This document shows positions 10,643-21,212 of a stretch of DNA of 64,000 nucleotides, one piece after another. Below the pieces are notes generated by a model. It was not told where the DNA came from and searched no databases. It saw only the letters and a program-made list of their open reading frames with translations. The DNA lies in NCBI GenBank assembly GCA_947627495.1, contig CANQWH010000001.1, positions 5,332 to 69,331 of the forward strand, given 5' to 3'. Every line of letters starts with the position of its first letter. Within the stretch, counting starts at the first letter, position 1. This stretch comes from an uncultured Clostridia bacterium (lineage in GTDB: Bacteria > Bacillota > Clostridia > TANB77 > CAG-508). Made by a program: the position numbers and the translations under genes.

Positions 10643-12463
10643 ATGAATAACGAAAAAATTAGAAATGTAGCAATAATTGCACACGTTGACCATGGAAAAA
10701 CAACATTAGTAGATAGCTTATTAAAACAAAGTGGAACATTTAGAAGTAATGAGCAAGTTGCTGAGAGAGTAATGGACTCAAACGATTTGGAAAAAGAAAG
10801 AGGAATAACAATATTGGCAAAAAATACATCAGTTATGTATAATGATGTAAAAATAAATATAGTAGATACTCCAGGACATGCAGATTTTGGTGGAGAAGTA
10901 GAAAGAGTTTTAAAAATGGTAGATGGAGTATTGCTTTTAGTAGATGCTTTTGAAGGTGCAATGCCACAAACTAGAGAGGTATTAAAAAAATCTTTAGCAT
11001 TAAATTTAAAACCAATAGTTGTAATTAATAAAATAGATAGACCAGGAGCAAATCCAGCAAAAGTAGTTGATGAAGTATTAGAATTATTTATAGAATTAAA
11101 TGCAAATGATGAACAACTTGATTTTCCAGTAATATATGCATCAGCTAAAAATGGTATTGCAAAAATGGATTTAAATGAAGAATCAGATAATGTAAAATGC
11201 ATATTTGAAACAATAATAAATACAATAGAACCACCTAAATGTGATATAAATGGAACAGCACAAATGTTAGTTTCAAACATTGAATATGACGATTATTTAG
11301 GAAGAATGGCAGTAGGAAGAATAGAAAGAGGAAAAATTCAAACAGGAATGACTGTTGCGGTATGTAAAAACGAAAAAACAATTCAAGGAAAAGTTGCAAA
11401 ATTATTCACATATAAAGGATTAAAGAAAATTGAAGTAGAAGAAGCAGAAGCTGGAGATATTGTTGAAATATCTGGTATTGCAGATATAAATATAGGCGAT
11501 ACAATATGTGATGTAAATAACCCTGAAAAAATACCATTTGTAGATATAGATGAACCAACAGTATCAATGACATTTTCAGTAAACAATGGACCTTTAGCAG
11601 GAAAAGAAGGAGAATTTGTAACATCAAGACATATTAGAGATAGATTATTTAAAGAGCTAGAAAGAAATGTAAGTTTAAGAGTTAGAGAAACAGAAACTCC
11701 AGATAGTTTTGAAGTATGTGGACGTGGAGAATTACACTTATCTGTATTAATAGAAACAATGAGAAGAGAAAACTTCGAACTTTTAGTATCTCGTCCAAAG
11801 GTAATAATAAAAGAAATAAATGGTGTAAAATGTGAACCAATAGAAAGACTAGTAGTAAATGTTCCAGATGAATCAATAGGAACAGTTATTGAAAAACTTG
11901 GAAGAAGAAAAGCTGAAATGGTAAATATGGAACCAGCAGAACTAGGTCATACAAAAATAGAATTTAAAATACCTGCAAGAGGTTTAATTGGATACAGAAC
12001 AGAATTTTTAACAGATACAAAGGGAACAGGAACAATGAACAGCATATTTGATTCATATGAGCCATTTAAAGGTGAGGTTCAATCAAGAACAAGAGGTGTT
12101 TTAGTAGCATTTGAACCAGGAATTTCAGTAACTTATGGTTTATACAATGCACAAGAAAGAGGAGACTTATTCATAGGAGCAGGTGTAGAAGTTTATGAAG
12201 GAATGATAGTAGGCTTAAACTCAAGAAATGAAGATATATCAATAAATGTTTGTAAAGAAAAACACTTAACGAATACAAGAGCATCTGGTTCAGATGATGC
12301 ATTAAGATTAGTTCCACCAATACAAATGTCATTAGAAAAAGCAATAGAGTTTATAGAAGATGATGAATTGGTTGAAGTAACACCAAAGAATATAAGATTA
12401 AGAAAGAAAATATTAGATACAAAAACAAGAGAAAGATTAGCAGCAAGAGCAAAAAAAGAATAA
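10643..12463 (+). CDS. typA: Translational GTPase TypA/BipA
   Basis: AHVDHGKTTL and DTPGHADF G-domain motifs followed by EF-G-like domains. The start is placed at MNNEKIRN (better RBS spacing than the ORF-track start). Confidence 0.93.
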   Translation: MNNEKIRNVAIIAHVDHGKTTLVDSLLKQSGTFRSNEQVAERVMDSNDLEKERGITILAKNTSVMYNDVKINIVDTPGHADFGGEVERVLKMVDGVLLLVDAFEGAMPQTREVLKKSLALNLKPIVVINKIDRPGANPAKVVDEVLELFIELNANDEQLDFPVIYASAKNGIAKMDLNEESDNVKCIFETIINTIEPPKCDINGTAQMLVSNIEYDDYLGRMAVGRIERGKIQTGMTVAVCKNEKTIQGKVAKLFTYKGLKKIEVEEAEAGDIVEISGIADINIGDTICDVNNPEKIPFVDIDEPTVSMTFSVNNGPLAGKEGEFVTSRHIRDRLFKELERNVSLRVRETETPDSFEVCGRGELHLSVLIETMRRENFELLVSRPKVIIKEINGVKCEPIERLVVNVPDESIGTVIEKLGRRKAEMVNMEPAELGHTKIEFKIPARGLIGYRTEFLTDTKGTGTMNSIFDSYEPFKGEVQSRTRGVLVAFEPGISVTYGLYNAQERGDLFIGAGVEVYEGMIVGLNSRNEDISINVCKEKHLTNTRASGSDDALRLVPPIQMSLEKAIEFIEDDELVEVTPKNIRLRKKILDTKTRERLAARAKKE

Positions 12464-12484
12464 ATATTATAAAATATAGGTAGG

Positions 12485-12514
12485 GCGGAAGGAATTTATT
12501 GCTTCCGCTTTAAT
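12485..12514 (+). terminator. Rho-independent terminator gcggaag-loop-cttccgc followed by ttt
   Basis: A 7-bp stem followed by a T-run. Confidence 0.55.
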
Positions 12515-12562
12515 AAATAATGGTTCCCTGTTTTATAAATAATTTTGCAAGTGAATATGCAC

Positions 12563-12704
12563 AAAGTAGCCAAACGCAGGGGTTTTATATTTTTTTTCGA
12601 AAGAAAATAATCAAACAGCCTGCTGCTCACGGATTACCAGCGTAGCCATTTTGATTTTTTCTTAAGAAAAAAATATAAAACCCCGACGAGATTTGGCGGA
12701 CTTT
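12563..12704. repeat. Repeat family A copy, core variant 2 (same termini, a different AT-richer core with an atcaaa...tttgat hairpin).
   Basis: Nearly identical to 31387-31524. Confidence 0.85.
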
Positions 12705-12729
12705 ATAGTACAAGCTGTGAATTGTAATT

Positions 12730-12815
12730 TCAAATTTACTTTGAAAGGGTGCCAAAAAAGATACCTAGAACTTCTGCAAACTGGACGTTAGACAAACGAA
12801 CTAAAAAATTTTTTT
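12730..12815. repeat. Partial family B copy (first half only) in inverse orientation, abutting the family A copy.
   Basis: Reverse complement of bases 551-640. Confidence 0.8.
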
Positions 12816-12874
12816 AAAAGTAAGAAACAAATCGATAATATGTTATAGCAAAAAAGAAGGGAATGAAATTTTTT

Positions 12875-13459
12875 ATGGAAATAATAGAACAAATAAAGCA
12901 AAAAGCATTAGAAGAACATATACCCATAATAATGGATGATACTCTGCAAGAAGTAGGAAAAATATTAGAAAAAATAAAACCAACAAAAATATTAGAAATA
13001 GGCACAGCAGTAGGATATTCAGCAATAAGATTTTCAAAGTATTTGTCAGAAAATGGCTATATAGATACAATTGAAAGAGATGAAGAAAGAATAATAGAAG
13101 CAAAACAAAATATAAAAAATCTTAATTTAGAAAGCAAAATACACATATTTGAAGGAGATGCAGTTGAAATATTGCCAACATTAAATGATAAATATGATGT
13201 AGTATTTATAGATGCAGCAAAAGGAAAATACCCAATATTTTTAAACGAGGCTTTACGAATGTTAGCTGATGGTGGTATAATAATAGCTGACAACGTTTTA
13301 TACAAAGGTTATGTAATGAGCGATTATAACAAACATAAGCAACGTACAGCAGTAAGAGGGCTTAGGGAATTTTTAAAAAATTTACAAGAAAATGAAAATT
13401 TAAGCACAGAAATTTTAGAAGTTGGAGATGGACTAGCAATAAGCAAGAAAAAATGTTAG
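12875..13459 (+). CDS. Class I SAM-dependent O-methyltransferase, YrrM/TrmR-like (tRNA 5-hydroxyuridine methyltransferase family).
   Basis: LEIGTAVGYSAIRF SAM motif and VFIDAAKGKYPIF. Context is like B. subtilis yrrM-yrrN/O. Confidence 0.75.
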   Translation: MEIIEQIKQKALEEHIPIIMDDTLQEVGKILEKIKPTKILEIGTAVGYSAIRFSKYLSENGYIDTIERDEERIIEAKQNIKNLNLESKIHIFEGDAVEILPTLNDKYDVVFIDAAKGKYPIFLNEALRMLADGGIIIADNVLYKGYVMSDYNKHKQRTAVRGLREFLKNLQENENLSTEILEVGDGLAISKKKC

Positions 13460-13481
13460 ACATGAGAAAGTGAGGAAGAAA

Positions 13482-14204
13482 ATGGATAAAAAAAACAACC
13501 CATGGAGAGTAGAGTTAACAGAAACTCCACCAAATGAGATGGAGAAATATTCACTATATAGTGATTATACAACAGAGCAAAAGGCTGGATTTATTGCTCT
13601 TATAAGGATGATATATGAATGTATACAAGAGCTACAAGAATATGGAGAAATTACTGAAAATGTAAAAATAATGGCTAGAATAAAATCAGCAGAATCAGCA
13701 ATTAAAAATGATGATAAAGAAGATAAAGCATTAGATGATGTATTTGGAATGGAAATAGTGGCTGGTAATGATACAGCATTAAATAAAATAATGAAAAAAA
13801 TAGAAGCATACATGAACATTTTAAGAGAAAAGAAGCATAATAAAGAAAATGGCTATAAAGCAACTCATAGAGTAATGGAAATAAAAAAAGAATGTAAAGA
13901 TAGACTAAAATTAGGAGAAGGAATTGAGTTAGAACAAATACCTATGATAGAAATTCAGTTTAAAACTTTTGAGGTTAAGGAAAACTGTATTTCAGGACCA
14001 GCAAGACATAGTGAATATAAAGATGAAAGTCCAGAAAAAATTCAAAGAATGTATGATAACAATGAATTAACTGAACACAATTTACCAATTATGTATACTA
14101 TTGATAATACAGGTACAATTAGAATATTAAATAAAATTGCAACAATTAGAGAAGTGTATCCATTTGTAAGATTACATAGTAAAGGAAAAGGGGAGCAAAG
14201 ATAG
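13482..14204 (+). CDS. RelA/SpoT-domain (small alarmone synthetase-like nucleotidyltransferase) protein with a ~70-aa C-terminal extension.
   Basis: Motif series IMARIKSAESAIKN, DDVFGMEIV, NGYKATHRVMEI and IPMIEIQFKTFE. These align to the RelQ motifs RVKSFESI, DIAGVRII, NGYRSLHLI and EIQIRT. Confidence 0.55.
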   Translation: MDKKNNPWRVELTETPPNEMEKYSLYSDYTTEQKAGFIALIRMIYECIQELQEYGEITENVKIMARIKSAESAIKNDDKEDKALDDVFGMEIVAGNDTALNKIMKKIEAYMNILREKKHNKENGYKATHRVMEIKKECKDRLKLGEGIELEQIPMIEIQFKTFEVKENCISGPARHSEYKDESPEKIQRMYDNNELTEHNLPIMYTIDNTGTIRILNKIATIREVYPFVRLHSKGKGEQR

Positions 14205-15449
14205 ATGAAAAAACCAGAATTACTTGCACCAGCAGGTTCATTTGAAAAAGCAAAAGTTGCATTTGAATATGGAGCAGATGCAATTTATTGTGGCACATCT
14301 AAATTATCATTAAGGTCAAGAGTAGAAATAGATGATACAGGATTAGAAAAAATAATTGAATATGCACATGGTATAAATAAAAAAGTATATGCAACATTAA
14401 ATATATATGCAAGAGATTATATGTATGATGATGTAAAAGTACAAATAGAAATGCTAAATAGAATAAAAGCAGATGGTGTTATTGTATCAGATGGTGGAGT
14501 TATGGATATGGTAAAAGAAATAGCTCCAGATTTACCAATACATATAAGTACACAGGCAAATACTGTAAGTTACCATACAAGTAAATTTTGGTACAATAAT
14601 GGTGCAAAAAGAATAATTTTAGCAAGGGAATTAAATAAAGAAGAAATAAAAGAAATTATAAAAAACAAACCAGAAGATTTAGCAATAGAAATGTTTATAC
14701 ATGGTGCAATATGTTATGCATATTCAGGTAGATGCCATTTAAGCGATTTTTTAGCTGGAAGAGGAGCAAATTTAGGAGACTGTGCACAAAGTTGTAGATG
14801 GGCATATAATTTATATTTAGAGGAAAAGAATAATCCAGGTAATATGATGCCAGTAGAACAAGATGAAAATGGTACATATATATTATCTTCAAAAGATATG
14901 TGTTTAATAAAAGAATTACCAGAAATAATTGAAATGGGTGTAGATAGTTTAAAAATAGAAGGAAGATTAAAAACAGAATATTATCTAGCAACTATAATAA
15001 ATACATATAGAACAGCAATAGATGATTATATGGCAAATCCAGAAAATTATGATTTTACAAAATATCAAAATGAATTAGAAAAAGTAAAAACAAGAGGACT
15101 TACAACATTTTATTTTAACGATAAAAATAATAGAGATTTCCAAGAGTATGAGGGAAAACAATACAATCCAAATTATGAATTTGGAGGAAAAGTGAAGGAA
15201 TATTCTAAAGAAAAGAGTATAATAGAAATAAAGAACAGATTACAAATTGGAGATACATTTGAATTAATTATACCAAATGAAATAAAACCATATAAATTTA
15301 CAATAGATAAATTATGGGATGTAGAAACAGATGATGAAATTGAATTTGTAAATCCAGGTAAAGAAGGACAAAGCGTTAAATTACATATACCAGTTAATGC
15401 AAAGGAAAATTGGATTTTAAGAAGGCAAAAAAATAACAGTTCTAAATAA
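14205..15449 (+). CDS. Peptidase U32 family protein (YrrN/YrrO/TrhP-like, tRNA U34 hydroxylation family)
   Basis: MKKPELLAPAGSFEKAKVAFEYGADAIY is a canonical U32 N-terminus, and the total length is 414 aa. Confidence 0.85.
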   Translation: MKKPELLAPAGSFEKAKVAFEYGADAIYCGTSKLSLRSRVEIDDTGLEKIIEYAHGINKKVYATLNIYARDYMYDDVKVQIEMLNRIKADGVIVSDGGVMDMVKEIAPDLPIHISTQANTVSYHTSKFWYNNGAKRIILARELNKEEIKEIIKNKPEDLAIEMFIHGAICYAYSGRCHLSDFLAGRGANLGDCAQSCRWAYNLYLEEKNNPGNMMPVEQDENGTYILSSKDMCLIKELPEIIEMGVDSLKIEGRLKTEYYLATIINTYRTAIDDYMANPENYDFTKYQNELEKVKTRGLTTFYFNDKNNRDFQEYEGKQYNPNYEFGGKVKEYSKEKSIIEIKNRLQIGDTFELIIPNEIKPYKFTIDKLWDVETDDEIEFVNPGKEGQSVKLHIPVNAKENWILRRQKNNSSK

Positions 15450-15473
15450 CCTTGCATTTAGAAAGGAAGAAAA

Positions 15474-16346
15474 ATGTTAGAAAGAGTATATTTTTATACA
15501 GAAGACCAAATAGAATTAGTAGGTTTATTAGAAACACCAAGTAAACCTACAAAAAAAGTTGTAATATCAATACATGGTATGCAAAGTAATTGCCTAAAGC
15601 AAAGAGAAACCATATTATCTCAAAACATTGTAAATGCAGGAATAGCATATTTTGCATTTAATAATAGGGGCGCTGAAGTAATGACATATACGAAAAAAAT
15701 AACAGGAGAAAAGATATTAAATGGTGGAGTAGTATATGAGGATGTATTAGATTCATATTATGATATAAAAGCTGCAATAAATAAAATGCTTGAATTAGGA
15801 TATGAAGATATATATTTACAAGGACATAGTTTAGGATGTACAAAAATAGTATATTCATATAATAAATTGAAAAAAGAAAACAACGTAGCAAATATAAAAG
15901 GTGTAATTTTATTATCATTAGTAGATATTCCAGATTGTCAAAAATATGATTTAGGGGATAAATACGAATCAATGTTGCAGTATGCAGAAAACAAAGAAAA
16001 AGAAGGAAAACTAAATGAATTAATGCCAGAAGAAAGTTTTGACCATCCAATAAGTGTAAAATCATATTTAAGATATTTTAAATATAATAAAGAAATAGAT
16101 TTTGCAAGATTTAGTGATGAAAATTACGATTTTAAGGAAATAAATAATATACAAGTACCATTATTCTTAAGATGGGGAAATGTGCATGAACTTGTAATAC
16201 AGGACTTAGATGAATTAGTTAAATTTTTAAAACAAAAAATTAAAAATGATAAATTAGATATAAATTATATAGATGGTGCTGACCATGGATATACTGGAAA
16301 AGAAAAAATATTAGCAAGCCAGATAGTAAATTTCATCATTAAATAA
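15474..16346 (+). CDS. Alpha/beta hydrolase fold protein
   Basis: GHSLG nucleophile elbow and a total length of 290 aa. Confidence 0.7.
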   Translation: MLERVYFYTEDQIELVGLLETPSKPTKKVVISIHGMQSNCLKQRETILSQNIVNAGIAYFAFNNRGAEVMTYTKKITGEKILNGGVVYEDVLDSYYDIKAAINKMLELGYEDIYLQGHSLGCTKIVYSYNKLKKENNVANIKGVILLSLVDIPDCQKYDLGDKYESMLQYAENKEKEGKLNELMPEESFDHPISVKSYLRYFKYNKEIDFARFSDENYDFKEINNIQVPLFLRWGNVHELVIQDLDELVKFLKQKIKNDKLDINYIDGADHGYTGKEKILASQIVNFIIK

Positions 16347-16390
16347 CACAAGAAAAAGGGATATTACTTAGAAAGGAATGAAAAGAAAAT

Positions 16391-18412
16391 ATGACAGATA
16401 AATTAATAATAGTGGAATCACCTGCCAAGGCGAATACAATAAAAAAATTTCTAGGTGGAAATACAAAAGTTGTGGCTTCAATGGGACATATAAGAGATTT
16501 ACCAAAATCCAAACTAGGCATTGATGAAAGAACATTTGATCCACAATATATAAATATTAGAGGAAAAGGCGACTTAATAAAAAAATTAAAAAAAGAAGCA
16601 AAAGATGCAAAAAAAGTTTACCTTGCAACTGACCCTGACCGTGAAGGTGAAGCAATTGCATGGCATTTAGCATATATTTTGGGAATAGACCCAAATGAAA
16701 TATGTAGAGTAACATTTAATGAAATTACAAAAGAAGCGGTTAAGAATGCAATTAAAGAGCCAAGAAAAATAGATATGGACTTAACAGATGCTCAGCAAGC
16801 AAGAAGAGTATTAGATAGAATAGTAGGATATAAAATAAGTCCAGTATTATGGAAAAAAGTACAAAAAGGATTGTCAGCAGGAAGAGTTCAATCAGTTGCA
16901 GTAAAACTAATTGTTGAAAGAGAAGAAGAAATAGAAAACTTTGTACCAGAAGAATATTGGAACATATATGTAAAATTAAAAGAATTAGAAAACAAAAAAT
17001 CTTTTCAAGCTAAATTTTATGGAAAAGATAATAAAAAAATAGATATTCATTCAGAAGAAGAAGTAAATAAAGTTGTAAGTGATTTAGAAAAAGCCAAATA
17101 TATAGTAGAAGAAGTAAAAAATGGTAAAAAGAAAAGAACACCTGCTCCGCCATTTACAACCAGTACAATGCAACAAGAAGCTTCAAGAAAGTTAGGCTTT
17201 GCAATTAAGAAAACAATGTCAGTTGCACAAGGACTTTATGAAGGTGTAAAAATAAATGAAAAAGGTACAGTAGGTTTAATTACTTATATGAGAACAGACT
17301 CAACAAGAATATCAGAAGAAGCAAGAAAAGCAGCAAAAGAATATATTGAAAAAGAGTATGGAAAAGAATATTATGAAAATAGATATTATAGAACAAAAGC
17401 AGATGCACAAGATGCGCACGAAGCAATAAGACCAACATATATAGATTTATCACCAGAAAAAATAAAAGCAGAACTAACTGCAGATCAATATAAATTATAT
17501 AGACTAATATATAACAGATTTATAGCAAGCCAAATGTCAGCAGCAATATATGATACAGTTTCAGTTAAAATATTAGCAGATGGATATAACTTAAGAAGCA
17601 ATGGTCAAACATTGAAATTTAAAGGTTTTATGACTCTATATGTAGAGACTTTAGACTTTGAAGAAAAGGAAGAATTTGAAACAATTCCACCATTAAAAGA
17701 AGGGGAAGAACTAAAAAAAGAAAAAATAGATTCAAAGCAAAGCTTTACAGAGCCACCACCAAGATATACTGAAGCAAGCCTTGTAAAAACATTAGAAGAA
17801 AAAGGAATAGGAAGACCAAGCACATATTCACCAATTATAACAACAATTTTAGCAAGAAGATATATAGAAAAAATACAAAAACAGCTTCATCCAACAGAAC
17901 TTGGAAAAATTGTAAACAAATTATTGGTAGAAAATTTTACAGATGTAATAAATGTAAAATTCACAGCAGACATGGAGGAACAATTTGATAAAATAGCAGA
18001 TGGCAAAGAAGAATGGAAAAAAGTCATAAAAGAATTTTATGGACCATTTGAAAATGTTGTAGAAAAGGTAGAAAAAGAATTAGAACATGTTAAACTAGAA
18101 TATGAGGTATCAAATGTACCATGTGAAAAATGCGGACGTATGATGGTTATAAAATATGGAAAATATGGAAAATTTTTAGCTTGTCCAGGTTATCCAGAAT
18201 GTAAAAATGCAAAACCATTTATAGAAACAATTAGTGAACCATGTCCAAAATGTGGTGGAAAAATACAAATTAGAAAGACTAAAAAAAGAAGAAACTACTA
18301 TATTTGTGAAAACAACCCGGAAAAATGTGATTATATATCTTGGAACAAGCCAGGTCAAGAAGAAAAAAAGACTAGCAAACCAAGAAGGACTAATAGAAAA
18401 AAGAAAAAATAA
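16391..18412 (+). CDS. topA: DNA topoisomerase I
   Basis: TOPRIM N-terminus MTDKLIIVESPAKANTIKKFLG, C4 zinc ribbons in the C-terminus and a K-rich tail. Confidence 0.95.
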   Translation: MTDKLIIVESPAKANTIKKFLGGNTKVVASMGHIRDLPKSKLGIDERTFDPQYINIRGKGDLIKKLKKEAKDAKKVYLATDPDREGEAIAWHLAYILGIDPNEICRVTFNEITKEAVKNAIKEPRKIDMDLTDAQQARRVLDRIVGYKISPVLWKKVQKGLSAGRVQSVAVKLIVEREEEIENFVPEEYWNIYVKLKELENKKSFQAKFYGKDNKKIDIHSEEEVNKVVSDLEKAKYIVEEVKNGKKKRTPAPPFTTSTMQQEASRKLGFAIKKTMSVAQGLYEGVKINEKGTVGLITYMRTDSTRISEEARKAAKEYIEKEYGKEYYENRYYRTKADAQDAHEAIRPTYIDLSPEKIKAELTADQYKLYRLIYNRFIASQMSAAIYDTVSVKILADGYNLRSNGQTLKFKGFMTLYVETLDFEEKEEFETIPPLKEGEELKKEKIDSKQSFTEPPPRYTEASLVKTLEEKGIGRPSTYSPIITTILARRYIEKIQKQLHPTELGKIVNKLLVENFTDVINVKFTADMEEQFDKIADGKEEWKKVIKEFYGPFENVVEKVEKELEHVKLEYEVSNVPCEKCGRMMVIKYGKYGKFLACPGYPECKNAKPFIETISEPCPKCGGKIQIRKTKKRRNYYICENNPEKCDYISWNKPGQEEKKTSKPRRTNRKKKK

Positions 18413-18430
18413 AAAAGGAAGATAAATTTT

Positions 18431-20140
18431 ATGGTAAATTTTAAAAGAGAAATAGCAAAAGCAATATCTAAAATTACAAATATAGATGAAAAGGAGCTTG
18501 AAACATATATAGAAATTCCACCTAATAGTGATTTAGGTGATTATGCATTTCCATGCTTTAAACTTGCAAAAACTTTAAGAAAGGCACCTCCTATTATAGC
18601 CCAAGAAATAAAAGACCAAATAAGTTTAGGTGAAAATATACTAGAAAAAATAGAAATAGTTGGTGGCTATTTAAATATATATATAAATAAAGAAGAACTA
18701 ACTAAAAATGTATTTTGTGAAATAGCAGAAAAAAAAGAATTATATGGTTCAAGTAATATTGGAAATGGGAAAAATGTTGTAATAGATTATTCAGCACCTA
18801 ACATAGCAAAGCCATTCCATATAGGACATTTACGTTCAACTGTAATAGGTGGAGCTTTATACAAAATATATAACTTTTTAGGATATAATAGCATAGGAAT
18901 AAATTATTTAGGAGACTGGGGACTTCAATTTGGTAAAGTAATGGCAGGATATGATATGTGGAAAGATGAGTATGATTTTTCTAAAGACGAGATTCAATCT
19001 ATTTTAAAAATATATATTAGATTTAACCAAGAAGAGAAGGAAAAGCCAGAATTAACGGAGAAAGCAAGAGAATATTTTAAAAGATTAGAAGATGGAAATG
19101 AAAAAGAAGTTAAAACTTGGAAGTGGATAAGAGAAATAAGTTTAGAAAATTATCAAAAAACTTATAATTTATTGAACTCAAAATTCGATTCATATAATGG
19201 AGAATCATATTATAATGATAAAATGGATGCAGTTGTAGAAGAACTAAAAGAAAAGAACTTATTAAAACAATCAGAAGGTGCTGAAGTAGTAGATTTAAGT
19301 GAATATGATATGCCACCATGTATTATAATAACATCAGCAGGAACAACAATATATGCAACAAGAGATTTAGCTTCATTAAAAGATAGAATAAATAAATATA
19401 ATTTTGAAAAAGCCATATATGTAGTAGGAAATGAGCAAAGGCTACATTTCAAACAAGTTTTTAAAGTATTAGAATTAATGGGATACCCAGAATATGCTGA
19501 AAAATGCGAACATGTGCCATTTGGACTAGTAGTAGATAAAGATGGTGAAAAAATAGGTTCAAGAAAAGGAAATTCAGTTTTCTTAGAAGATTTATTAAAA
19601 GAAGCAATGCAAAAAGTAGAAAAAATAATAGAAGAGAAAAATCCAAATCTTGAAGATAAAAAAGAAGTAGCAAGAAAAGTAGGAGTAGGTGCAATAATAT
19701 TTAATGACTTATCAAATAGCAGAATAAAAGATGAAATATTTGATTGGGATATGTTATTAAATTTCCAAGGAGAAACTGGACCATATATTCAATATATATA
19801 TGTAAGAACAAAAAGTTTATTAGAAAAAGCTGGATACACACCAGAGATAGAGAAGGTAGATTTTAGTAAATTGCAAGAAGCAGAAGCAATTCAAACAATT
19901 AAATTATTATATAGATTTAATGAAATAATAGAAAATTCTGCTTTAAAAAATGAACCTTCAATAGTTGCAAGATATTTAATTGATCTAGCACAAAGTTTTA
20001 GTAGTTTTTATAACGAACATAAAATAATAACAGATGATAAAGCAGTTCAAGATGCAAGACTTGCTTTAACTTATTGTGTAGGAACAGTTCTTAAAACTGG
20101 TGTAACATTACTTGGAATGGAAATGCCTAACAAAATGTAA
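18431..20140 (+). CDS. argS: Arginyl-tRNA synthetase
   Basis: HIGH motif (PFHIGHLRS) and a total length of 569 aa. Confidence 0.95.
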   Translation: MVNFKREIAKAISKITNIDEKELETYIEIPPNSDLGDYAFPCFKLAKTLRKAPPIIAQEIKDQISLGENILEKIEIVGGYLNIYINKEELTKNVFCEIAEKKELYGSSNIGNGKNVVIDYSAPNIAKPFHIGHLRSTVIGGALYKIYNFLGYNSIGINYLGDWGLQFGKVMAGYDMWKDEYDFSKDEIQSILKIYIRFNQEEKEKPELTEKAREYFKRLEDGNEKEVKTWKWIREISLENYQKTYNLLNSKFDSYNGESYYNDKMDAVVEELKEKNLLKQSEGAEVVDLSEYDMPPCIIITSAGTTIYATRDLASLKDRINKYNFEKAIYVVGNEQRLHFKQVFKVLELMGYPEYAEKCEHVPFGLVVDKDGEKIGSRKGNSVFLEDLLKEAMQKVEKIIEEKNPNLEDKKEVARKVGVGAIIFNDLSNSRIKDEIFDWDMLLNFQGETGPYIQYIYVRTKSLLEKAGYTPEIEKVDFSKLQEAEAIQTIKLLYRFNEIIENSALKNEPSIVARYLIDLAQSFSSFYNEHKIITDDKAVQDARLALTYCVGTVLKTGVTLLGMEMPNKM

Positions 20141-20200
20141 ATTCTCAAATTTTAATAAAAGATATTATGATAAGAATAAATTATAATAATTCACTAATTT

Positions 20201-20360
20201 ACAATAAAAATTTTTTAGCTTGTTTGTCTAACTCCTGTTCGCAGAAGTTTTATGTATCTTTTTTGGCACCCTTTCCTTTGGAACTTTTTCCAAAAAATCT
20301 ACTTAAAACTTCTAGCTCCATACGTTAGAACCACTTCGCTTGCAAAATTTTTATTGTAAA
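20201..20360. repeat. Repeat family B copy between argS and upp.
   Basis: Shares the tgtttgtctaac...ttcgcagaagtt...ttttggcaccctttc... core and ACAATAAAAATT/AATTTTTATTGT ends. Confidence 0.85.
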
Positions 20361-20404
20361 TTAGTAAACTAGTATAATAAATAAAAAAATAGGAGGAATG
20401 TAAA

Positions 20405-21031
20405 ATGAAAGCAATCGAACTAAAACATCCATTAATTGAACACAAACTAGCTATATTAAGGGACAAGAAAACTGGAACAAAGGAATTTAGAGAGATAATT
20501 TCGGAATTGGGAGAAATGCTTTGTTATGAAGCAATGAAAGATGCAAAAACTTATGAAACAGAGATACAAACCCCTATGGAAAAAATAAAAGTTAGAAAAA
20601 TAGATGAAGATAATTATGCATTTGTTCCAATTTTAAGAGCAGGAACAGGAATGTTAGATGGCATAATAAATGTTGTTCCGAATGCAAAAATAGGACATAT
20701 AGGAATGTATAGAGATGAAGAAACTTTTAAACCAAATGTATATTTCTTTAAAGTTCCAAAAGATATTGAAAAAAGAGAAGTTTTAATATTAGATCCAATG
20801 CTTGCAACAGGTGGTTCTGCATTAGATGCAATTGAGCTATTAAAAGAAAAAGGAGTAACAAAAATAAAATTCTTGTGTATAATAGCTGCACCAGAAGGAA
20901 TAAAAGCAGTAGAAGAAAAATATCCAGATGTGCAAATCTTCTGCACAGCAATAGATAGACAATTAAATGAAAAAGCATACATACTTCCTGGTTTAGGAGA
21001 TGCAGGAGATAGAATATTCGGAACAAAATAG
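20405..21031 (+). CDS. upp: Uracil phosphoribosyltransferase
   Basis: A 208-aa ORF with the PRPP-binding motif VLILDPMLATGGS. Confidence 0.95.
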   Translation: MKAIELKHPLIEHKLAILRDKKTGTKEFREIISELGEMLCYEAMKDAKTYETEIQTPMEKIKVRKIDEDNYAFVPILRAGTGMLDGIINVVPNAKIGHIGMYRDEETFKPNVYFFKVPKDIEKREVLILDPMLATGGSALDAIELLKEKGVTKIKFLCIIAAPEGIKAVEEKYPDVQIFCTAIDRQLNEKAYILPGLGDAGDRIFGTK

Positions 21032-21212
21032 TGTTAAAAATCTTCTATAATATATTGATAATTATTACAAAATAATGTATAATATAACAAAAATAAAACA
21101 TATTTGTTACAGATATGTTAAAAATATTAAATTATTATTACATTTTTAAAAATACTCTTGACATATATTAAAAAATGAATAAAATATATGTAAGAAATAA
21201 AATGAGGATTGT

